From Oculina patagonica (taxonomy: Eukaryota): DNA of 64,000 nucleotides. Numbering within the stretch: the stretch's first letter is position 1; every line of letters begins with the position of its first letter. The stretch covers positions 28,947,074 through 29,011,073 of the forward strand of contig NC_135760.1 in NCBI RefSeq assembly GCF_052425735.1, written 5' to 3'. Position numbers and translations under genes: made by a program. This document shows positions 22,701-34,700 of the stretch, piece after piece. The notes under the pieces were generated by a model. That model was not told the DNA's origin and did not search any database. It was given only the letters and a program-made list of their open reading frames with translations.

Positions 22701-25700
22701 ATGTACAGGAATCCTTCCGCAGGAAGAATTACGCGATGTTCATGACGTCTATTAATCTGCGCATGCGTTTAGCACAAAGTAGTTTCTTCCAGAAAGAGTA
22801 GTACCACAAGGAGAGGATAGTACTTTCTGAAACAAATATATACCTTTCTTCAATTGTATCGTAAATATACTTCCCATTCTACCAAGGGCACACGGTCTGT
22901 TGCTCCCTTCCCCCTAACAGAAATAATTAATTAATTGATATTAATTAATTAATTGGTGATTAAAAGTTTACACCGCGTTAGCGGTTTAGTGGGTTAGTGG
23001 TTTAGGGGTTTAGCAGACGACAACCCACCAAACCATCACAATAGTGCATTCTGCACTAAAAAGGATGAAGACTTACAGCCTCAATCTTAGCTGCTTCTGC
23101 CTTTAACTTTGCCTGCTGTACTGCTGCCTCCCCCTCAATTCGAGCTGCCTCAGCTTGGGACTGTGCCTCAGCCTTAGCTTGCCCTGTCGACTCCACTGCA
23201 GCACTCTGAGCCTGCAGTTCTAACAACTCCTTTCTAGCACGTTCTGCCTCAGCCTCGTCTGATATCTTCTGCCTTTCCAGTCGACCCTTGGCTTCTTGCT
23301 CAAGCCGCTCTGCTTCATGTCTAAAATGTACACACCATAAAGTAAGTGCAATCTATGTTTTATTGTTTTCATAAGGAAACTCTCAAAATATTGACCATAT
23401 CAATCATTAGTCTTTGTAATGTAGACGTTAGGATATCTAGAAATTAAAGAAAATCGTAAATATGTTTTACCTGATGGTCGAAACATACATATAAAAGGAA
23501 ATTATAATAATGGTTGCCAGTAGCTCATCATTTAATGATCTACGTAGCATATTTACCGTGAGCCAATTTACCTTGCTGTAGCTTCCTGAGAATTAGTTGT
23601 AATCTCAATGGCTAACTGGACTGACTTTTGTAGTGCATCTCTGGTACGCTGATCCACTGGCTCCACAGATTGGATATCAATGCTTGTTATGTTAAGGCTG
23701 TTTGCTGGGAAAGTAAACTTGTTTCGAATCTTGTGATTGTCATCAATGCCAAACACTGAAGTACGGATGATCTTTGCTGAATTCTGCAAAATGGAGACTG
23801 TTTTTAGTCAGTGATTACTCTTTGGAAGTTAAAGATGTTAAATGGCATCTATAGCACTACTATAACACCTAAAAACTTAACATAACTGTGATTGCGGACA
23901 ATCACAGAAATACAGGTCATAAAATCCACGAATCACACGGCAATGATTCATTCAGATAATAGAATCATGTTTAATTTTCTGTGTTTATTTAATTGCATAG
24001 TTTGTAATTGTCGTGATCAGGTGGGAAAATGGGTATCTTATGGGAATGTTTGACTAAATAACTAAGCTAGGAATGGAACAGTTTTAAAAAGAAGTGGCGA
24101 CACCAGGCCCAGACGGTTTCACCAGCAGGGCATTTTATAAGAATCTTCTTAGAAACAAAACATCACTTGCGAAAACATTTTAAAGAATGTTCAAGGATTT
24201 TCAAAGATCTGGAGGTTCCTTTAAAACTGCAAAGAACTATGTTTTCTAAGATCTTTTATCATTTTATTTTATGATCTTTCTACCCTTAAGCGATCCTTTA
24301 TGTGTACAGTCATTTCATTTTGGCTGCTGTCATACTGATGGCAAAGCCCAGCACAAATTTAGTAAAATATAATTTCACCTTATGAAAGTCGTCAAACTGG
24401 ACCCCAGCTACTGCACCGCGTATCCTTGAAGCAATTGCTTTACACGCATCTCCTACAAAGTCTGGAACAGAAAACAATTTGGCAGCATCCTTTGCACTCT
24501 TGTCACCAACTTCAAAGTGCCTGTTAACAAAAAACAAACAGGTTGCACTAAGTAAACAGACTGAAAAATACTGATCAAAAATTGTTTGTCAGATGTCCAA
24601 GGTAAAAAAGCATTGCCAATTCAGCAAAAATAATCTCATATCAACTAGCGCAAGTGAAAATATTATTATATAAGTGCTTTATTTCAAATGAAATATTTAG
24701 ATTATTACTTCGGACTACATGTTATATACTTGAACTGAATGATTATAATTGGGATTATTCCAATCTTTAGTAAAATTACCAGAAAAAATACCCAAAAACA
24801 TTTTACTTTTATGCAGGCATTTAAGCTTGGAATTTAGTGTCCTGCAATGCCTGATCAGGATGACTGGTAATGCCATATACATGCATACTGAGAACTTCAC
24901 TGAAAACTAGTAAAAGACTGCTAACAAAGCTCTAGCCATGTGCAAACAGCCTGTGTATTTCTGCTTCATAAACATGCATTTATTTATTTATTTATTTAGA
25001 AACAAACATTTATTTTACATCACATTTCACATAAAATAATAATAAATAAATACCTTATTGTTATTTATTTTCACGGGTACTTTTGCGAAAATGGAACAGG
25101 AATATTTCGCGAGACTTAATTTTCGCGATTTGGCCAAAAATACGTAATTGGCATAAAAAATTATAATAGAAATCGTTTAAAATTAATTTTTGCGGGTCTT
25201 AAATTTCGCAATTTTCAAAAAATCGCGAAAATAAAGTCCCGCGAAAATAAGTAACAATAAGGTAGTAATAATTAATACCAGTTGTAAGATAGCTGAAGCT
25301 GCAGTCTAGCATGGTCAGACGTCTCTACAGTGACAATGTCAGTACAGAAGTCTGGGCCAAGAAGCAGACACAGTGCTTTGATTACGTTGGGTTTCTTTGG
25401 CTTTCCTCCTGACAGACTGAGCTGTGTAAACTGTTCATCAGGACACAACATGACCAGCTCAGGTCCAAAAACAACTCTGTAAAGGAACAAAATAAAAAAT
25501 GTATACAGTCAACTCTCTCTAAGACGGACACCGTCGGGACCGGCCCCAACTGTCCGCCTTATAGAGAGTCGAGGTAACGTGACACCAGAAATTTTGAGAC
25601 GATAAAGCTAAACGGCTATGCACAACGAATACACGTCTGTTTTAGTCGCTTACGTTAGCAAAACCTATAAAGTGGAACAAAAATAATATCAGAGATTCGA

Positions 25701-28700
25701 CTTGTTTGTTAATAACAAACTGTGATACTGTAAGTAGAAAACTAAATCTACAAGTTTAAGCAGAGAAGTAATGTGTTTTAGCGGATTGTTTTTGGTAAAT
25801 TTGGTATTCTAAAGGCGCTGACCTGCTTTGCTATATGTCGATAACAAGTTTTGATGTATTATTCACGAAAAAATAACTTTTAGTGCCTGTCCGTTGGCGG
25901 TTTCAAAGTGTCCGTTGTCCATCTTAGAGAGGTGTCCGTCTTACAGAGAGTTTTCTTACAGTAAAATGACTGAAAAACGGCAGGGACCATACCCAGGTGT
26001 CCGTCTTATGGAGGTGTCCGTCTTATAGAGGTGTCCGTTAAGAGAGAGTTGACTGTAAACTTATTCAGATTTGTTAGTCTTCCTTTTTGGGTATCCGTAA
26101 CACAAATTGATTGGAAGGGTGGTTGAACACAATTTACAGACAAAAGGAAAAGACTGAACTTGATGTACACCAAATTGTGGCTTGTTTCTATACAGCATGT
26201 TTGTCCCGAAAGGATCTTGAGGTAATGCAAGGGCAGGACAGGGACAGCTTAATCTCTTATTTAATGCACTGTAGATGCTACCCTAAACTTCCAATCACCC
26301 TTTGTTTTGCATTTCATCATAGTTAGCCCAGTGCTTTTGACAAAGATTGTAGAAACATCTATCATTGAACAAGATGTTTGTCACGAGACAAACTAAAGTG
26401 TCAGTCGTTAAAGCACACTACTGGACGGGCGCAACTGAAATTAAGGAAAATATGAAAAAAAACATCTAAAAAAGTGGATGGACTAAACATAACACAGCAA
26501 ATACAAAAGAAGGTGTGGGTGCACAAAATCAGAAGATTAAAATGGAATGTGATGTGGGTTTTTAAAAAACTGTAAGTCTGAACAGTTTTCAAAGTTAATG
26601 TTTGATTGTTAATTTGTTACCTTTTGTCACAACATTTCTAATGAAGCTATGGTTTTGTCATTTGGATCTTTAGAAGACATTTCTCTGCTGCGACATTAAG
26701 TTTCACAATTGGCTAATATTTGGCAAACAGCCGTGCTTCATTGACGCTACCAAAGACAGTATTTTATAACATCCAAGCACACACCATGAATTGGGTAAAA
26801 AAAAAGCACTGTAAAAAATCTGATGCTGATAATGCCTTTTGTCAGTTTAATTTTTAAATATGTACCTGGCAGTCTTCTCTTTGTAGTCATATATCTGCAC
26901 TGCTGCATTATGAGGCACTCTGAACGTAACAACTCTGGTTTTGTTCCTCCCAAATTCACTTCTGGGTTCTCTTTGTACTGCAAAGTATTAATACATCAGT
27001 GTACCCCAAATAAAACTTGCATCGTGATGAAAATTGTTTTCATCCAATGCAAATGATAAAAGCAAGAAAAAAAAAAGCATTTTAAATTTTCAGGGACTTA
27101 AAAACTGGAGAGCTAGGCTGGCATGCCTTCATGAAAACAAAACAAAACAATCAAATCAATCTACTTATGATTAATATATATATATATATGCACACAAGGC
27201 AAAAAATATGATAAAAATTAACCTACGCTTTGTAATCAGCAACAGCAGTGTTGATCGAGTTACTTAATAGTTCTTAATTATGCCTAATAAAAAGTAATAA
27301 TATATCGAACTCAATACAATATTTGGAAAATGTTGATTAACAAGTTAGCAATACAAAGTTAGATAATAATAATTAGTGATTAACTTCTTGTTCTGCAATC
27401 TTTCACTTGAAGTACTAAGTGTCTTTATATATAATTATTCAAAGGCTCAATTAAACCTGCAATTACTCTGCCTTGGGTATCATTGAAAATAACTATTCTT
27501 CCTGCAGAACTTTATAAGTGACATCTTTTTGTTTAAGGAAAATAATGTCCTCAGAAATAAAACAAAGGCCCACACTAGCCACAAGTGTTAGTTTTTTAGT
27601 GTTAGGTTGTTTCAGGTATAAGGGGGTAAAAACAATGTGCATTATAAGGGGTGGTGAATGGTCCTTCAAAAATGGCGTGTCTCGCAAAATTTTAGCTAAA
27701 TTTCAAGGGTCTCGTCGTCTCGAATTTTTCTTTGATGCCTTCTCGGAGTCTTGATTTCTTTTGCAGGGCTAAAAAGCTCTCAAAGGATCTCGGGCTCGCA
27801 GAAAAGATATCAGTCTCGCCGTCTCGCAAAGTCTCGCATTTACCATTCGACACCCCTATTATAGAAAGTAATGGGAGAAAGAGTAGGGATAATGTGCACT
27901 GAATCTTTTTTGCCTATCCAATATCTTTTTGTGGTTGGGCCGATCTTTCAACGATGTGCAATTTTCCCCCCAAAATCAACAAATATATCTAAAATTAATC
28001 ATTCACCTTTTAAAGGGCCTTTCATACGTCTCGGTGAACTAGACTGCTGTGTATTGGAAAATTCATCCCATTGGTTGGACATTGCCTGCATGGCTGGGAA
28101 ACCTTGAAAAAATTTAAAGATATAATTCACCTTGAAAAACATTGATGTAAGCTGGCCAGAGATATGAGAGAGAGGTAAGTAAGTCAGTGACCCAAGCTAC
28201 TTGGAATTTCTTTATCCAAATTCACCTAAACATAAAATTCAAACGTACAACCTTCCATGCACTGGTTTGATGCTCTACCACTGAATTACAGGCAAATGCT
28301 GGGAGAGGGGCATTCTACCTACAATAGAGGACACACTTGTTGGGATAGATAACGTCCCCAGTATCCTCCCGACATTGGTGTGCTAGTTATCATTAACATA
28401 ATTAAATGCAATAAACAAAAGAAGAAACGGAAAGGAGGGTGTATGGAGTGTCAACAACAATAATTGTGGCAGGTGCATTGTATGTTTATAATAAATGTGA
28501 CAAACTCCGTCTAACATGGCCTAATTAATGCACACGGGACTCCTAGGCCTGTTGCTTGGTTTCTATTTATTGCCTTAGGTTACATGAGATACACTGACGA
28601 AGGACCAACTTTAACCAAGGAAGTGATAGCATTTCCAGAAATTGGAGTGACCTTGTAAGTATCTCCTGTTTTTCTCCTGGACACTGCCAATTATTTTGCT

Positions 28701-31700
28701 TCTCACAATTTAAGGCCTGCTTGACTGCTTTTCCAAGTTTTTTTTCTGATGTAATGTATAAAAACAGTTTAACTCTAAGGGTTCAACTTTTAAGCTTCTT
28801 GTTATTCCCATTATTACCCCAATCACAAGTGTTATCACCCTGTCACAAGTGTTATCACCCTGTCACAAGTGTTATCACCCAGTCACAAGTGTTATCACCC
28901 AGTCACAAGTGTTATCACCCAGTCACAAGTGTTATCACCCTGTCACAAGTGTTATCACCCAGTCACAAGTGTTATCACCCTGTCACAAGTGTTATCACCC
29001 AGTCACAAGTGTTATCACCCTGTCACAAGTGTTATCACCCTGTCACAAGTGTTATCACCCTGTCACAAGTGTCATCACCCAGTCACAAGTGTCATCACCC
29101 AAAAAACGGCGAGCGAAAAAAATAAGGGGAGGGGGGCGGGGAGGAGGGCGAGCGAGAGAACGCCTGTGAGCATTCATAACAAAAAGGTCTTTCCGCCCAC
29201 TTCTAGACCTCCGACAGGGCCCGGGTAACATGAGCGCAGACATTGAAGCTTGTGGTTTTCAGTTGTCAGTTTCAATCAGATTTCTGACAGATTTCCCGGT
29301 AAATATTATTTCTTAAGTTCTTCCACGTTGGGAAATGCATTTTATCGTCTGCGTTTAAATGTCTGCACTCGGAGTCTTCTGCAAGCGAATTCGCCGAATT
29401 GTCAGTCCGCCCTTCAACGTGTTGCAGGTTTTGTCAAAAAATGTTAAGTGCCAGGGGAACAAGGTACCGAGAGTTTCTTTATTTAATTCGGTTTCAAGCA
29501 AAGATTTAGTTTGGTTTTCTGGAGCCGAGAGTCTGGTGTTGGCCGACCTCGCACGTTCTTTTGGACATGAACTGAATCCCAACCCACGTTTTCCTGAAAT
29601 TTGCTGTTTAACCTGCGCAAGAACACTTGCAAGAACTCATGCCAGCGTTCAAAAAGTATTCTCGAGGATTGTCGAAAGAGAAACGTCTTAAAAGCGGCAA
29701 GTGAATGCAAGATCGCCGACGGGAGAAACTCCCTCCGCGAAGCGTTCACACACTTCAGAAAATGAATCTACAAGTACATCAACCACACAAAGTAGATCGC
29801 GGCGCTGCTTGGCTCTGGGTGAAAGCTATTTTGGACCAGATTGATTCAGCAATGAATATTGACGTGGAACAAACTGTTATCAAGATGAGTTTTACCGCTA
29901 CTGTTTACAAATATTTTCGAGGCCGTTTGAATTCGCCCGGAATTTTCTCGTTGCTGTTTTACGCTTTTCAGTTTCAGAATGTTTTAGCTTATGTTGTTTT
30001 GATTGTCTGCTGGCTAAAGCCTGTTTGAATTCCTGGCTGAGAGTTTCGAGGAATAAATAGCAATTTGTCAATAATACAAGCATTTACAAATTTATCTTTT
30101 TGACGGACCGCATTCGACTTCACTTGTAACGTGTTGTTTTAATATTTATTTTAAGACTAGAAAGTGCTTTATCGCATGTATATTTATTTTAGCGAAGCTT
30201 TGGTTATTGTATTTACTGAAAAGCAATTATCGTTGAAACTGTGTCAGTTTGATTTAGCGTCGACATAACACGCGGAAACAGTTGAAATATCAGACTCTTT
30301 CCAAAACCGGTTGGAAGTATACTGAAAAACTTCTCCTTCATAGACCAAATTAAACAGTCTTCCTGTTCTTTGCGAAGACTTTCAACCAGAAAATCCTTCA
30401 GTGCGTTGTTTACTGCTGAGTTGAACTCTGCGTGACCGTCACTCGCCGCAGCCATATCTCATTTCACTTCAAGATGAAGGACGCTTGAGTGTTGACAAAA
30501 GGTGTCAAAATTGACCAATCAAAGGGTATACCAGAATCTGGTATACCGGAACTAGCTTTTGTTAAAAATGCTCACAGGCGTTCTCTCGCCCCCTCGCCTT
30601 AGTCCCCTCCCCATTTTTTCGCTCGCCGCTCCTCGCGCCGCTTCCCAACTAACCGAATGCCTGGAACAGGCTACCCAGTCACAAGTGTCATCACCCTGTC
30701 ACAAGTGTTATCACCCTGTCACAAGTGTTATCACCCTGTCACAAGTGTTATCACCCAGTCACAAGTGTTATCACCCTGTCACAAGTTTTATCACTCTGTC
30801 ACAAGTGTTATCACCCTGTCACAAGTGTTATCACCCAGTCACAAGTGTTATCACCCTGTCACAAGTGTTATCACCCAGTCACAAATGTTATCACCCAGTC
30901 ACAAGTGTGATCACCCAGTCACAAGTGTTATCACCCTGTCACAAGTGTTATCACCCTGTCACAATTGTTATCACCCAGTCACAAGTGTTATCACCCTGTC
31001 ACAAGTGTTATCACCCAGTCACAAGTGTTATCACCCAGTCACAAGTGTTAACACCCTGTCACAAGTGTTATCACCCAGTCACAAGTGTTATCACCCAGTC
31101 ACAAGTGTTATCACCCAGTCACAAGTGTTATAACTCAGTCAAAGTTTATCATCCTGTCACAAGTGTTATCACCCAGTCACAAGTGTCATCACCCTGTCAC
31201 AAGTGTCATCACCCTGTCACAAGTGTTATCACTCAGTCACAAGTGTTATCATCCTGTCACAAGTGTTATCACCCAGTCACAAGTGTCATCACCCTGTCAC
31301 AAGTGTCATCACCCTGTCACAAGTGTTATCACCCAGTCACAAGTGTTATCACCCAGTCACAAGTGTTATCACCCAGTCACAAGTGTTATCAACCAGTCAC
31401 AAGTGTTATCAACCAGTCACAAGTGTTATCACCCTGTCACAAGTGTTATCACCCTGTCACGAGTGTTATCACCCTGTCACGAGTGTTAACACCCTGTAAC
31501 AAGTGTTATCACCCAGTCACAAGTGTTATCACCCTGTCACGAGTGTTATCACCCTGTCACAAGTGTTAACACCCAGTCACAAGTGTTATCACCCTGTCAC
31601 GAGTGTTAACACCCAGTCACAAGTGTTATCACCCAGCCACAAGTGTTACCACCCTGTCACAAGTGTTATCACCCTGTCACAAGTGTTATCACCCTGTCAA

Positions 31701-34700
31701 AAACCTTACTAGATATCTCTGGTACAACAACATTCCTTGTGCCACGGTCAGCCAGGGGATCCTTTCCTCCTGCAAGAAGTTGTTCAACAGTTGGAGGTAG
31801 TTCCTTTTCCCAGAGTTCTTCATCATGGGTCAACATATATGTCTGACCACAGACAGCTCTCACTCTTCCAGTCTTAATGTCCCGAATATAAATTCCTTCA
31901 TTCTCATCCAGGGGAATGGCTTTCCTTCGTGCAACAACCTCAACTTCAACAGGAGGAACATATTCACTGGGGCCACGGATCATCCAACGATCACCAGGAC
32001 GTCTTGGTACCTCTTTCTGCACAAAGAGTTACTTAACATTCAATAATGATAAGGTCCTACTGAAACTAGCTGCCTCTACAGATAACTCCACTGCCGAGGG
32101 GAAGACTAGTCAGGAATGAATAAAAGAGAGATGAACAAGAAAGACTCACTACCAAATGAGTGTCCCTGGTTTGTTCGAGATAGGATAATATGCGAGCCAG
32201 AAATCCCAAATCACAATAACAGGCTAACCACAAGCTACCTAAACTAACTGTAGGCTAACCAGATCTAGATTGAGTACTATTTAGGCTATCCAGAGTGCTA
32301 TGTAGGCTAACCCAGGGCTTTGCTCTAAGGGTGCCCAGGTGCCTCAGGCGACTAACTTTTGTCTTTAGGTGACCAGATAATCTTATTTCTTTCATATATT
32401 ATAAGCTTTATGCTGGGCACCCTGGATCTCAAAGGTTAGAACTTTTGGGCTCCTTGTAATTTTTCTAAGAGCACAGCCTTGCTAACCAATGTGCTATTTA
32501 GGCTAACCTCAGTTCACAAGACTTGCATGACTCGCGAACCATGCAAACCATGTGAGCCAGAAATCCCTAATCCCAACAAAAGGCTATCCGCAAGCTACCT
32601 AAGCCAACCATAGGCTAACCAGAGTGCTATTTCGGCTAACCAATGTGCTATTTAGGCTAAACGAAATGGCTCGCATGGCTAACTGGCTCGCATTCTGGAC
32701 CCATTTGTTCCTTGAGTGGGACAGGATAGGGAGAGTTTAGAAAACCTTTAAGAGTACACAATTGAAAAGTGGCACATCATAGTTAAAGTGCACCTAACCC
32801 CTATTTAATTTTTTTAATTTTTTAATTTGAAAATACTTGTTTTCTAGAGTACGTCACTGAAAAATTTTTTTGATTTGGTTAAATCCTTGATTTTCTACAA
32901 CCCACTGAATGTGGGGGTGGTTTGGCCCAGTACCAAGCAAACAGGGGTCTGGAACAAGCTGGAACGTGTTTGGAGTTGTGACATAGTTTCAGGAACTGCA
33001 ATCAATCCTTATGCTTTCTGATACACTTTCTCACATTTGCTTATACCGGAATAGCTAAATTACATCCATTCTGTCAATGCTAAAACTTCTATATTTTACA
33101 ATGTCATCCTCTGAAGATTCGGATGGAATCCACAGGAACTTCGAATGCGAGAAAGAACTAGAAAGTGACGCCATCCATAAGCCATGACGCTGAGACATTT
33201 GTGTCACCGAAATACGGTATAACATGAAGAGAAATTTTTCTCTTCACGTCCTTGACATTGCCACAGGTTGCGGCTAGGCACCGGGCAGGCATGGATAGAT
33301 ATCTCGCTCGATTCGCACTCGTCTAAGAGAAAATCAGTCGATACACACAAGATGCCGCGAATGCGGGTTTCTAAAACGTCACGTTAGGTCAAAGCACGTG
33401 ACTAGACCCATGCCTCTTGGTACTCAGTAGTGGGCTAAGCAAAGCTCTGTTTTGGTGGGGTCTTTTAAAATTTCAATAGGACAGAGAATCAAAGGCTCTT
33501 CGAGCAACCTCATGGTAATTTGATGAATGAAAAGCCGACCTCCGCATTTTTTTCTAAATAAGTGTCCAATAAAGTAAAGCAATCTCACTCTGATTTATTC
33601 TTTCGGCGTGAGTTGCGTCATTGATGACTCGTGCTCTCAGGCGTCGTAGCGCTATTCAGTTTTCACAACCAAAATATTTACCGGTTAGTGTATTACCTTT
33701 GATCCTTTTAAGCATTAAGTAAATTTATTTTGTGAATATTTTTACTTTTCTGTCAGCACGTATAGCGTTATTTTTAAGCAGCGGATAAAATTTGAGAGAA
33801 AAGATACGCCCAAGCACTTCGTATATCTACTCGACTCAAAAAGATGAAAAACGGATGACGTGACATGAGGTGACGTGATGCGAAATAAAAACGTGCCGTG
33901 GATGTGGTGTTAACTAAAACACGTCACATGGCGAGCGTAATAATTTTGTATAACAATTTAAGCGTAACTATATGTAGTTCATAGCTGCTATCAGTAATGT
34001 CACAATCTCACTTAATTTGTCTTTGAATGTTTTCATGAGGTGACGTGATGCGAAATAAAAACGTGCCGTGGATGTGGTGTTAACTAAAACACGTCACATG
34101 GCGAGCGTAATAATTTTGTATAACAATTTAAGCGTAACTATATGTAGTTCATAGCTGCTATCAGTAATGTCACAATCTCACTTAATTTGTCTTTGAATGT
34201 TTTCTTGTGTGAATTGGTCGATGATAGTTTTTTTCTTCAAATAAGCGTTCAATAATGTAACACAATCCCTGTGAATGTTTTATTTTTCCATGGGAATTGC
34301 GTCATTGATGGTTCGTGCTCTCAGGCTTCGTAGCGCAGATTCTATTTAATCACAAAAATACTTAAGTGTAACCTTTGATCCTTTTTAGTATTAAAAAAAA
34401 TTGTTTTGTGAATATGTTTACTTTTCTGCCAGCACGTATAGCGTTATTTTGAGCAGCGAATAAAATTTGAGAGAAAGAAGCGCGTTTCTGCACGACTCAA
34501 AAAGATGAAGAACGGATGACGTGACACGAAGATGATGTGACGCGAAACAGAAACGTGCATGAATGTTGTGTTTACTAAAACGCGTCACATGGCAAGCGTA
34601 AATGTTTTCTTACGTGAATGAGTCATTGATAGCCTATGCTCTGAGGCTTCGTAGAGCGAATTATTCTCTTTTATCACCAGAGGATAAGTGTAACTGATCC

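Noticed and set aside
28721-31712. Long + strand ORFs (for example 30559..31569, 336 aa; 28721..29125; 31085..31489) encoding the repetitive peptides [20 protein letters not shown]
   Set aside because: They are translations of the 20-bp minisatellite, with a 60-bp superperiod. They are intronic to MVP on the opposite strand and have no start context, no homology and no codon bias. They are repeat artefacts.
21690-34640. Tandem arrays considered as CRISPR-like
   Set aside because: This is a eukaryotic intronic context. The repeats are contiguous, with no unique spacers between them, and there are no cas genes. They are satellites or tandem duplications.
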